Below, in pieces: positions 18,710 to 27,959 of a stretch of DNA of 64,000 nucleotides. Made by a program: the position numbers and the translations under genes. Position 1 is the first letter of the stretch. Each line of letters opens with the position of its first letter. The stretch is from Ignavibacteria bacterium (GTDB taxonomy: Bacteria > Bacteroidota > Ignavibacteria > Kapaibacteriales > UBA2268), in NCBI GenBank assembly GCA_037445895.1, contig JBBIJO010000001.1, positions 74,377 to 138,376 on the forward strand, read 5' to 3'. The notes under the pieces were generated by a model that was not told the DNA's origin, ran no database searches, and saw nothing but the letters and a program-made list of their open reading frames with translations.

Positions 18710-21700
18710 ATGCTCAAAAAGATTTTAATGTTGACAATAGCAACATCGTTCTTTTTTCCTTTTAGCTTTATTTATGCTCAATTTGGCAAGAACAAAGTTC
18801 AATACCAGGAATTTTCGTGGAAATACATACAAACATCCCATTTCGATATATATTTCCATAGTAACAATAAATTACTTGCTAATTTTACTGCGCATATTGC
18901 TGAACAGGCATTGGAGTCAATCCAGAAAGCATTGAAATTTAGAGTTTCTCGGAGAATTCCAATTATTGTTTACAACAGCCACAATCAATTCCAACAGACT
19001 AATGTAATAAATACATATCTTCCGGAAGGTATTGGGGGGGTAACAGAGCTTTTCAAAAACAGAGTTGTTTTACCTTTCGAAGGCGATTATGCCCAATTCA
19101 AGCACGTTATCCACCACGAGCTTGTGCACGCTGTTTTGAACGATATGTTCTATGGTGGTACTATTCAGTCTGCTTTGTCGCGAGGGAATTTAATAGAAAT
19201 ACCATTATGGATGAACGAAGGACTTAGTGAGTGGGAAAGCATAGGAGGTTTGGATATCAACACGGACGTTTACATTCGGGATATGGTATTGAATGAAAGT
19301 CTTCCCGATTTGGACAGGTTGGATGGTTACAATGCGTATCGTGGCGGACAAGTCTTTTGGTGGTTCGTTGCCGAAAGATATGGAACTTACAAGATTCCTG
19401 AACTTATGACCAAACTAAAATCCACTGGAAGTGTCGAAAATGCTTTCAAAAGCACTTTCAATATGAAATTAGAGGATTTTTCCGAAGAGTGGAAAAAATA
19501 TTTAAAAAAATACTATTTTGCAGATATTGAAAAATTTTCCGAACCTTCCGAGTTTGCTGTTCGTTTGACTAATCATACCAAAGAAGAAAATTTTTATAAC
19601 ACATCGCCTGCAATTTCTCCCCAAGGTAATAAAATCGCCTATATTGCCGACTTCGACGGTTTATTTTCACTTTTCATAATGGATTTAGATAATCACAATA
19701 AAAAGGAAAAAGTTGTAAGCAGTTTTCGCCAACAAGATTTCGAGGAATTGAATGTGTTAACTCCTGGTATTACTTGGAGCGGCGATGGGGAAAAATTAGC
19801 GATTTCGGCAAAATACAAAGGAGAAGATATAATTTATATCGTCGACACGAAAACTAGTGATTACGAACGAATACCTCTTGGCTTCAAGCAGATTTCATCG
19901 GTTGCTTGGGCTACGAAAAGCAACGTTATTGCATTTTCTGCGACTGTCTTGGACAGAAAAGACATTTATCTTTATAATCTTGATAGTAAAACTATTACTA
20001 GGCTAACAAACGATATTTTTTACGATGACCATCCAATTTGGTCTCCAAACGAGGACAAACTGTATTTTATTTCGGGACGAGTAGATGAAATAAAACAGTC
20101 TGACTCAACTCGAATCATTCCACCTTGGAAAATAGAAACAGGAAAGCGGGATATTTATGAGTATAATCTACAAACAAAAAAAATTCGAAGGATAACATTC
20201 ACACCAGATTACAACAAAACCAGTTTGGCTATTTCCGGTGACTCCAAAATGCTTTACTTTGTTTCGGACAAAAATGGAATCGGTAATATTTACAGGCTAA
20301 ATCTCGAAACAGGGCGAATCGACGCGATAACAAACTCATTATCGAATATAACACAGATTTCGCTTTCCAAAAGCGGCAACGAGTTAGTTTTTTCGGCTCT
20401 TTCCAATGGTGGTTTCGATATCTATATGATTAAGAATCCCAATTCCCGCATTATTAATTCCGATAGTTTACCTTTGACTAAATTTAGAATTATTGAAAAA
20501 GAAAGAACTATTTCGAAACATAAAGTTGAACTTGATACTGTTGCCTATAATACTACACCCGATAGCGTTGGGATTACTTATGGTAATTTTAGTGTCGACT
20601 TTTCGCGCCAAAATATGATTAAACCCAATAAAGATATATTGTCGAATAATTTGCAAGATAGCTACTCGATTTCTCCTGATTCTGAATTTGTGGACTACGA
20701 TTACAAGGTTAAATTTTCACCAGATATAATTTTGGGAAACCCTTCGTATAGTTCATTTTGGGGATACCAAGGAGTTGCACAAATGCTTTTCAGCGACGTT
20801 CTTGGCGACCACCAAATTTACGTTCAAGCCAATTTATGGTTCGACCTTAAAAATAGCAACTTCCTTGTCCAATACGCATATTTGGCTAATATCATAGACT
20901 ACAATTTTTATGCTTATCAAAGTTCTTTACTATTATATGGATACAACCCATTTGCAAGTGAGTATAATCTTTATAGGCTTAGGAACTACGGATTAGGTAT
21001 GAGTGCTTCCTACCCTTTAAGCATATTCAATCGTTTTGAACTTAATCTTTCTTTGTTCAATGTAACCAGAGAAAATACTTCCGATATTACAGAACCCTCC
21101 TCGGAAAGAACTATAATTTACCCCGAATTTAGATACGTTTACGATGATGTTCTCTACGGGTCGTTTGCACCTGTCCGGGGCTCAAGATATTTTCTTGAGT
21201 TCAAATCGGTCCCCAAAATTTTCAAAAACTCAATTAATTTCTTCACTTTCAAATTTGATTATCGTCGATATTGGGATTTTGGTTACTTTTTAAAATTTGC
21301 ATTCAGAGCTACCGGAGCAAAAAGTTTTGGTTCTAACCCTCAACGATTTTTTCTTGGAGGAACGGACAATTGGATAAATTACGAGATAAATAATAATTCT
21401 TATCTTTTTCAAAATCCAGAAGAATTTGCATTTTTGGAACTGATTACACCTTTGCGAGGATGGGCTTTTGCCGAAGTGGTTGGCACACAGTATTTTACAA
21501 CAAATTTAGAGCTTCGCTTCCCTCTTTTCACAGCCTTGTTGCCTGGTCCAATTCCAATCATCTTTAACGATATCCTTGGAGTTATCTTTTTCGATATGGG
21601 GGGTGCGTGGAGCGGCAACTTTACTGATTTCAAGGCAACAAAAACAAACGAAAAGGGCGAAACAATACCTAATGCTTTACTTATGAGCGTTGGAATTGGC

Positions 21701-21811
21701 GCTCGGGCTTGGATTTTGGGCTTACCATTTAAGCTCGATATTGCTTGGCGTAACGAATTTAAAAATTGGTCTAAACCATACTATATCTTTTCAATCAATT
21801 ACGACTTTTAA
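18710..21811 (+). CDS. Omp85-family protein with N-terminal zinc-peptidase-like domain and TolB/PD40 beta-propeller
   Basis: GGAG RBS before ATG 18710 and signal ending IYA/Q. FGKNKVQY, HELVH...WMNEGLSE, SP/WS PD40 repeats, LRGW lid-lock-like motif, and C-terminal FSINYDF. Confidence 0.8.
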   Translation: MLKKILMLTIATSFFFPFSFIYAQFGKNKVQYQEFSWKYIQTSHFDIYFHSNNKLLANFTAHIAEQALESIQKALKFRVSRRIPIIVYNSHNQFQQTNVINTYLPEGIGGVTELFKNRVVLPFEGDYAQFKHVIHHELVHAVLNDMFYGGTIQSALSRGNLIEIPLWMNEGLSEWESIGGLDINTDVYIRDMVLNESLPDLDRLDGYNAYRGGQVFWWFVAERYGTYKIPELMTKLKSTGSVENAFKSTFNMKLEDFSEEWKKYLKKYYFADIEKFSEPSEFAVRLTNHTKEENFYNTSPAISPQGNKIAYIADFDGLFSLFIMDLDNHNKKEKVVSSFRQQDFEELNVLTPGITWSGDGEKLAISAKYKGEDIIYIVDTKTSDYERIPLGFKQISSVAWATKSNVIAFSATVLDRKDIYLYNLDSKTITRLTNDIFYDDHPIWSPNEDKLYFISGRVDEIKQSDSTRIIPPWKIETGKRDIYEYNLQTKKIRRITFTPDYNKTSLAISGDSKMLYFVSDKNGIGNIYRLNLETGRIDAITNSLSNITQISLSKSGNELVFSALSNGGFDIYMIKNPNSRIINSDSLPLTKFRIIEKERTISKHKVELDTVAYNTTPDSVGITYGNFSVDFSRQNMIKPNKDILSNNLQDSYSISPDSEFVDYDYKVKFSPDIILGNPSYSSFWGYQGVAQMLFSDVLGDHQIYVQANLWFDLKNSNFLVQYAYLANIIDYNFYAYQSSLLLYGYNPFASEYNLYRLRNYGLGMSASYPLSIFNRFELNLSLFNVTRENTSDITEPSSERTIIYPEFRYVYDDVLYGSFAPVRGSRYFLEFKSVPKIFKNSINFFTFKFDYRRYWDFGYFLKFAFRATGAKSFGSNPQRFFLGGTDNWINYEINNNSYLFQNPEEFAFLELITPLRGWAFAEVVGTQYFTTNLELRFPLFTALLPGPIPIIFNDILGVIFFDMGGAWSGNFTDFKATKTNEKGETIPNALLMSVGIGARAWILGLPFKLDIAWRNEFKNWSKPYYIFSINYDF

Positions 21812-21876
21812 ATCAATTAAAAAAAAATTAATTTTGCATTTAACAATTTATTAAATTTCAAAAAGTTTAGGATTAT

Positions 21877-23019
21877 ATGGCAGGACAAGCCCATCGCATA
21901 ATTTATATGTACCGTAAGTTTTTGGAAGGCGAGGTACTTACTTCAACACAATTACAAGATATGATATCCGAAGAAATTGAAATTGTAAGTATTAGAACTA
22001 TCCAACGAGATCTTAGATTACTTCAAAAAATTGAACCATCATTGGTAGGAAAACCAAAAGGCAAAGAAATTATTTGGTCTATTCCAAAGGAGTTCCGTAT
22101 CCCAAAGCAAATAGTTCGTTTCGAAACCGATGAGTTACTTGCTTTTCATTTCCTAAAAGCACATTTAAAAACATTTCGCGGAACTGTTATTGAAGAAGAA
22201 ACACAAAAATTATACAAGAAACTCGAAAAACTTGCACCCCAAGAAGTTGTTCTCGATGAGACAATTTATTGGGACCAAAATGTTGGATACTATGATTATT
22301 CAAAAATAAGCGAGATTGTAGCACAAGTCATTAAGGCAACTGCTTCGAAAAATTGGTATATGATTACCTATTACACACCAAGAAATGTTCAAAGTAAGAA
22401 TCTAATTGTTCGTTTCGAAACGATATTTGCGTATTTAGGATTGCTTTATGTTGTTGTTTACCTGCCTAAACACAAGATTCATGCATGTTTAGCCATCCAT
22501 AATATCTCGAAAATTGAAGAAGAAAAAGGTTTTTTAGACGTTGCACCACCTTTCAACTTTCGTGAATGGTCTATGTATCGTTTTGGCGTTTTTTCGGGCG
22601 AAATACACCACGTTAAACTATTGATTAAATCCGAGTTTAAGCATTTTTTCCTGAATAGGAAATGGCATGTAACCCAAGTCGAAAAAACCGATTCAGACGG
22701 TAATATAATTTTAGAAATGAAGGTTCCGGTAGGGGTGGATTTAATCAACTGGGTTCTTAGCTGGAGCGACGCTATTATTATTCTTGAACCCAAAGAGCTT
22801 ATCAAGAAAGTAATAAATCGACTTTACCAAACACTGAAATGTTACGATTATACAGAAGACCCAAGTGGTGTATTAATCCCAAATCCTCAAACCGCGAAAG
22901 GACATCCTCCCGTTTCTCCTACGACTACTCCGCCTGCATCCGATACGACAGTCGAAGAAAAGACTACCAACGATAAGGTAAAACCTCTTTATCGTTTCTC
23001 TTTAAAAAAAAGGAAATAA
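21877..23019 (+). CDS. WYL-domain transcriptional regulator (wHTH-WYL-WCX)
   Basis: VSIRTIQRDL HTH, FGVFSGE, RKWHVTQ and WVLSWSDAIIILEPKEL WCX pattern. Confidence 0.8.
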   Translation: MAGQAHRIIYMYRKFLEGEVLTSTQLQDMISEEIEIVSIRTIQRDLRLLQKIEPSLVGKPKGKEIIWSIPKEFRIPKQIVRFETDELLAFHFLKAHLKTFRGTVIEEETQKLYKKLEKLAPQEVVLDETIYWDQNVGYYDYSKISEIVAQVIKATASKNWYMITYYTPRNVQSKNLIVRFETIFAYLGLLYVVVYLPKHKIHACLAIHNISKIEEEKGFLDVAPPFNFREWSMYRFGVFSGEIHHVKLLIKSEFKHFFLNRKWHVTQVEKTDSDGNIILEMKVPVGVDLINWVLSWSDAIIILEPKELIKKVINRLYQTLKCYDYTEDPSGVLIPNPQTAKGHPPVSPTTTPPASDTTVEEKTTNDKVKPLYRFSLKKRK

Positions 23020-23463
23020 TTAGCGTTCGATAATAATCGTTACAGGACCGTCGTTCGATAGCTCGATTTCCATCATCGCCCCAAATTCACCTGTTGTTAT
23101 TTTTTTACCCATTGCATTTTGCAATTGCTCAATGAACAAATTATACAAAGGTTCGGCAATATGAGGAGGAGCGGAATGCATAAAGTTTGGCCGAAAACCA
23201 CGTGTAACATCGCCGTATAAAGTAAAATTCGAAATAACCATTATTTCTCCATTGATGTCTTTGACCGAGAGATTCATTTTGCCGTTTGCATCTGAAAATA
23301 TTCTTAAATTCACTGTTTTGTTTGCTAACCATTTGATAGTATCCAAGTCGTCTTCATTTCTAATAGCAATAAATACTAATAATCCTTTTCCTATGCTTCT
23401 TCTTTCTTTGCTATCTTGTATGATGACGGAACAATGCTTTACTCTTTGAACTACAACAAGCAT
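23020..23463 (-). CDS. dtd: D-aminoacyl-tRNA deacylase
   Basis: VVQRV, LRIF, KMNLS, SNFTL, RPNF, GEFGAMM, NDGPVT. Confidence 0.95.
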   Translation of the reverse strand: MLVVVQRVKHCSVIIQDSKERRSIGKGLLVFIAIRNEDDLDTIKWLANKTVNLRIFSDANGKMNLSVKDINGEIMVISNFTLYGDVTRGFRPNFMHSAPPHIAEPLYNLFIEQLQNAMGKKITTGEFGAMMEIELSNDGPVTIIIER

Positions 23464-23560
23464 ACACTTTAAAAGACTATGAATTTCAAAACTACAAAAA
23501 TAGAAATAAATCGCATCTTAAATCGTTGTAGCTAATTTGTAGAGAACTGAGAGCGGAAAA

Positions 23561-23848
23561 ATGCCAATTTACGAGTATCGTTGCGAAACTTGTGGAAAAA
23601 CGTTTGAATATCAACAAAGAATAACCGATGACCCTTTAAAAGTTTGTCCAGCAGAAATCTGCGAGTCCGAAGTCCACAAAGGACAGGGAACTGTTCACAG
23701 AATTATCAGCAAAGGGGTAGGACTACTTTTTAAGGGGAATGGTTTCTACATAACAGATTATGCAAGGAAAAATAGCAGCATTGTATCATCCTCATCTTCT
23801 GCACCCGCGGGAACTTTGGAAAACAAAACCCCTTCGTCGAGCACTTAG
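23561..23848 (+). CDS. FmdB-family zinc-ribbon protein
   Basis: MPIYEYRCETCG...CP...C...FKGNGFYITDY. Confidence 0.88.
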   Translation: MPIYEYRCETCGKTFEYQQRITDDPLKVCPAEICESEVHKGQGTVHRIISKGVGLLFKGNGFYITDYARKNSSIVSSSSSAPAGTLENKTPSSST

Positions 23849-23880
23849 TAAAGGGAATAAAAGATTTACTAAATTTATCT

Positions 23881-23913
23881 AATGGTAGGCTATTCAAAGC
23901 CTTCCATTTTTTT
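23881..23913 (+). terminator. Probable Rho-independent terminator
   Basis: AATGGTAGGCT-attcaa-AGCCTTCCATT (one mismatch) followed by a T run. Confidence 0.55.
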
Positions 23914-23939
23914 AAATTTGTATTTATTCTAATTAAACA

Positions 23940-26147
23940 ATGAAAGAAGAATTTTTAGATAATCCAATTCTGAAGAACTTAAACCCTGTTCAACAAGAAG
24001 CTGTTAAAATACTCGAAGGTCCTGTCCTTATTGTTGCAGGTGCTGGAAGTGGAAAAACTCGGGTTCTTACGCATAAAATTGCTTACTTAATTGATAATGG
24101 TGTTCCGCCTTCGAATATTTTGGCTTTGACTTTTACCAACAAAGCGGCTCAGGTAATGAAAGAAAGGATTGCTACTTTGGTAAATTTTGAAGCAGCAAAA
24201 CGAATTTGGGCTGGAACCTTTCATTCTATTTTTGCAAAAATATTGCGAACAGAAGCTTCGGCAATTGGTTATTCATCAACCTTTACAATATACGATGCAG
24301 AAGATTCGCTTTCTATCATAAAAAGAATTATTCAATCGAATTTAATTTCTACAAACAAACTTAATCCGGATTCTGTTCAAAAAATCATTTCGCTCGCAAA
24401 AAACAAAGTATTAAACCCCGAAGATTTTGCAAGAACTTCTTCGACGCCAATTGAAAGAGAAATTGCTAATATTTATAAGGAGTATCAAGATTACCTTCGG
24501 AAAAACAATGCTATGGATTTCGATGATTTACTTGTAAATACTTATGAACTTTTTAACTCGTCCAAAGAGGTTTTGGAAAAATATCAAAATAGATTCGTTT
24601 TTATATTAGTCGATGAATATCAAGATACGAATCGAGTTCAATATTTAGTTCTCAAACAATTGTCGTTGAAATACAAAAACATCACGGTAGTGGGCGACGA
24701 CGCCCAAAGCATATATAGATGGCGTGGTGCAGACATTCGCAATATTCTTGAATTTCAAAAGGACTTTCCAAATGCCAAAGTTATTCGACTGGAGCAAAAC
24801 TATCGCTCGACAAAAAACATACTCGGAGCTGCCGATAGTATAATTCGCTTTAACCACAAACAAATCGAAAAGAAATTGTGGACCGATAACCAGGAAGGCG
24901 ATTTAATCGAACTTTTTGAAGGCGAAACCGATAAAGACGAAGCAAGTTTGATAGTAGCAAAAATTAAAGAATTGGTGTCTTCGAACAATTTGGCTTACAA
25001 AGATATTGCAATACTTTATCGGACTAACGCACAATCTCTTGAATTCGAAAACGCTTTGCGACGATTGAACATCGATTATGTAGTGATTGGAGGAATGTCA
25101 TTCTATCGAAGGAAAGAAATAAAAGATGTCCTTGCTTATATTCGATTACTTATGAATCCAAACGATAACGAGGCGTTTATCCGAATAATTAACGAACCAC
25201 CTCGTGGAATAGGGAAGATTACTTTGAACCATTTGATAAATTTCTCCCGAACAAACAACATTTCGATTTTCGATGCAATGAGAAACCCTGAAAATATTAA
25301 CAATATACAATCGAAAGCAAAAGCCACGTTAAGTGAATTTTCAAAATGGCTCGAAACCACAAAAGAAAAAATGCACAAAAGGGGCGACCTGCACAATACT
25401 TTAATCGAGTTTATTGGAGAGTCTGGAATAATACAAATGTACGAAGAAATAGGAACTGATGATTCCTACGATAGAATAGAAAACATAGAAACGTTGCTTT
25501 CGGACATATATGATTTCTTGAAAGATAACCCAGAGTTAGGCTTGGAAGATTATGTCCAGCAAATTAGCCTTATCTCGGATATTGACGAGAAAAATTTAAC
25601 AAACGACCAAGTGAAACTAATGACTCTACATTCAGCGAAAGGAATGGAATTCCCAGTGGTTTTCATCGTCGGTTTAGAACAAGGATTGTTTCCTTTAATA
25701 CGTCATAGATCGAACCAAGACGACGAAGAAGAAGAGAGAAGGCTGTTTTATGTTGGATTAACAAGAGCAATGGAAAAAGTTTTTTTATCGTATGCGAAAA
25801 ACCGACAACGTTTTGGAATGGATTCGTACCAAGTCCCTTCAAAATTCCTTTCCGAAATCGACAAGAAATTTATTAAAGTGCAGACAAAAGAAACTAATAA
25901 ATTTAAATCTTTCAATAGGGATTTATATAGAGAAAATAGTAGGGTATCCTATGGAAATGAATACGACCAAACCGAGGATGGAACTTTGAAAATAGGCGAT
26001 AAGGTCCTGCATCCGTTTTTTGGAATTGGTTGGGTTGAAAAACTCGATGGTTTCGGCAACAATGCCCAAGCACTTGTTTTGTTTGAATCAGCCGGACGAA
26101 AAAAACTGATGCTGCAATATGCAAAATTGAAAAAAATAATAGATTAA
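23940..26147 (+). CDS. pcrA: ATP-dependent DNA helicase PcrA/UvrD
   Basis: AGAGSGKT, TFTNKAA, VDEYQDTN, VGDDAQSIY, LEQNYRST, MTLHSAKGMEF, EERRLFYVG, and C-terminal Tudor-like HPFFG. Confidence 0.95.
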   Translation: MKEEFLDNPILKNLNPVQQEAVKILEGPVLIVAGAGSGKTRVLTHKIAYLIDNGVPPSNILALTFTNKAAQVMKERIATLVNFEAAKRIWAGTFHSIFAKILRTEASAIGYSSTFTIYDAEDSLSIIKRIIQSNLISTNKLNPDSVQKIISLAKNKVLNPEDFARTSSTPIEREIANIYKEYQDYLRKNNAMDFDDLLVNTYELFNSSKEVLEKYQNRFVFILVDEYQDTNRVQYLVLKQLSLKYKNITVVGDDAQSIYRWRGADIRNILEFQKDFPNAKVIRLEQNYRSTKNILGAADSIIRFNHKQIEKKLWTDNQEGDLIELFEGETDKDEASLIVAKIKELVSSNNLAYKDIAILYRTNAQSLEFENALRRLNIDYVVIGGMSFYRRKEIKDVLAYIRLLMNPNDNEAFIRIINEPPRGIGKITLNHLINFSRTNNISIFDAMRNPENINNIQSKAKATLSEFSKWLETTKEKMHKRGDLHNTLIEFIGESGIIQMYEEIGTDDSYDRIENIETLLSDIYDFLKDNPELGLEDYVQQISLISDIDEKNLTNDQVKLMTLHSAKGMEFPVVFIVGLEQGLFPLIRHRSNQDDEEEERRLFYVGLTRAMEKVFLSYAKNRQRFGMDSYQVPSKFLSEIDKKFIKVQTKETNKFKSFNRDLYRENSRVSYGNEYDQTEDGTLKIGDKVLHPFFGIGWVEKLDGFGNNAQALVLFESAGRKKLMLQYAKLKKIID

Positions 26148-26191
26148 TGAATAATTTTTAAAGTAAATATTTATGGTGGCGGTAGTTCCGA

Positions 26192-26266
26192 AGTTTTCAA
26201 CAGGTTTTCCACATTTTTTCCACAATGTTTCAACATCGAAATAATATTTAGTTAGATTGTGAAAAA
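26192..26266. repeat. Array of DnaA-box-like 9-mers at 11-bp periodicity
   Basis: TTTTCAACA 26194, TTTTCCACA 26205, TTTTCCACA 26216, GTTTCAACA 26227, and an inverted TGTGAAAAA at 26258. Confidence 0.7.
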
Positions 26267-26280
26267 ATTGAATTGCAACT

Positions 26281-26934
26281 ATGGATACCGAAAAGCTAAA
26301 AGAACTAATCGCGTCGGGAGAGTCATCGACAGTAGAATTCAAAAGGAAAATCACAACCCCCGATAAAATAGCCAAAGAAGTTTGTGCTTTCGCGAATACG
26401 AAAGGGGGAATTCTCCTCGTTGGAATTGATGACGACCGCAAAGTAATTGGTGTTGATAGCGAAAAAAGCGAAATTGATATTATCGAAATTGCTTGTCAAT
26501 TCTACATTGAGCCTCCAATCTCGCCTAAAAGCATCGAAATTGTTAACTATAACAAAAAGGAAATTATTGTTGTTGAAATAGAAGAAAGCAACCGGAAGCC
26601 TCATACTATTGAAGCTGTAGATGCAAAAAGTAGAAAAAGACGCTTTGCATACATTCGAATCGGGGAAAAGTCCGTGATTGCAAGTCGCGAAATGCGGAGA
26701 TTGCTTTCAGGTTTAAATGCGGATTCCAAGCCTATTAAAATCTATATTGGAGAACAAGAAAAAAAATTATTCCAATATTTGGAGAAACACGAGCGAATCA
26801 CAGTCAAAGAGTTTTCGAAATTAGTTAATATTTCCGAAAGAAGAGCTTCGGCTATTCTTGTAAAACTTGTGAAAGTTGCAGTCTTGCAAATCTACACAGA
26901 TTCGAATCACGATTATTTTGCATTAAATGGATAA
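26281..26934 (+). CDS. AlbA_2 (Schlafen-like) domain protein with C-terminal wHTH
   Basis: GESSTVEFKR, AFANTKGG, GIDD, YIRIGEKS, and C-terminal ITVKEFSKLVNISERRAS HTH. Confidence 0.85.
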   Translation: MDTEKLKELIASGESSTVEFKRKITTPDKIAKEVCAFANTKGGILLVGIDDDRKVIGVDSEKSEIDIIEIACQFYIEPPISPKSIEIVNYNKKEIIVVEIEESNRKPHTIEAVDAKSRKRRFAYIRIGEKSVIASREMRRLLSGLNADSKPIKIYIGEQEKKLFQYLEKHERITVKEFSKLVNISERRASAILVKLVKVAVLQIYTDSNHDYFALNG

Positions 26935-26952
26935 AAACAGATTGCTCTGTAA

Positions 26953-27957
26953 TTATAATATTTGCTCAACAAAAGCTATAAACTTATCTTCGCTTTCAAC
27001 TACTTCCAAATCTAATATTGTTGAAAATAAACTAACGCCACTATTTCTAAATACTTCCGAAAATTTGAGTAATTTATAGAAATCTTTTTCTGTTGTTAGA
27101 ATAGTATCAATATTTTTGGCATCAACAAATTGTAGAATCGACACAATGTCGCTTTCTTTATATCTGTAGTGGTCCTTGAATTCAAAATGCTTACGAATGT
27201 TAAAGCCAAGCATTTCGATTGAGTTATAGAATTGCGCGTTGTTCGCCAATCCGCTGACCAAAACTATATCTTTATAAATAAGTTCGGAAAATTCTATCGG
27301 TTTTGAAAGCATATCTATTAAATGTGTTAACTTTTTTCGGTATTTTATGACAATTTTATTCGAAGGTAAGACGTTTTCGATAATATTAGGGGGAATATCC
27401 TCCGATAAAGCAATCACATTCGCGCGCTTTAAATTTTTATAGGGCTCACGCAAATAACCTTTCGGATACACAAATGGCTTTTCGATAGTTTTTGAATCAA
27501 TCAAAACTATATCCAAATCTCGTTTAATTTTGCGATGTTGAAATCCATCGTCGATTATCAATACACTCCCAGTTAAATTCTTATCGATAAAAGGTATGGC
27601 TTTGAACTTTACTTTACTTGCAATAATCGGTGATTGGACACGATTTGCTACGAGGTAAAGTTCGTCGCCCGATTGCTCGACTGCACATCTTATTTGATTC
27701 TCGTCCCTAATTTGCGTTATGCTTTTATGTTTCCCTTTGTAACCACGGCTTAAAATAATTGGTCTGTATCCTTTACTTATAATTAAATTGGCTAAATAAA
27801 TAACAAACGGAGTTTTCCCCGTCCCGCCAAAAGAAATATTTCCAATACTTATTGTGGGGAGCTTCGAGCGGTAAGATTTAATAATGTTATAATCAAAGAA
27901 ATAATTCCTAAGTTGAGCAATAGAAGAGGAAAATAAAGAAATAAGGGGCAATAGCAT
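26953..27957 (-). CDS. lpxK: Tetraacyldisaccharide 4'-kinase
   Basis: IGNISFGGTGKTP, LSRGYK, GDE, DDGFQH, PKGYLREP, FKDHY, TTEKD. Confidence 0.95.
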   Translation of the reverse strand: MLLPLISLFSSSIAQLRNYFFDYNIIKSYRSKLPTISIGNISFGGTGKTPFVIYLANLIISKGYRPIILSRGYKGKHKSITQIRDENQIRCAVEQSGDELYLVANRVQSPIIASKVKFKAIPFIDKNLTGSVLIIDDGFQHRKIKRDLDIVLIDSKTIEKPFVYPKGYLREPYKNLKRANVIALSEDIPPNIIENVLPSNKIVIKYRKKLTHLIDMLSKPIEFSELIYKDIVLVSGLANNAQFYNSIEMLGFNIRKHFEFKDHYRYKESDIVSILQFVDAKNIDTILTTEKDFYKLLKFSEVFRNSGVSLFSTILDLEVVESEDKFIAFVEQIL

Positions 27958-27959
27958 AG

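Noticed and set aside
26192-26235. CRISPR array or mini-array
   Set aside because: Units are 11 bp with no spacers, and there are no cas genes.
21877-26934. Anti-phage defence island (WYL + UvrD + AlbA_2)
   Set aside because: The helicase is a canonical PcrA, the intervening dtd and fmdB genes are housekeeping, and there are no mobility or effector genes.
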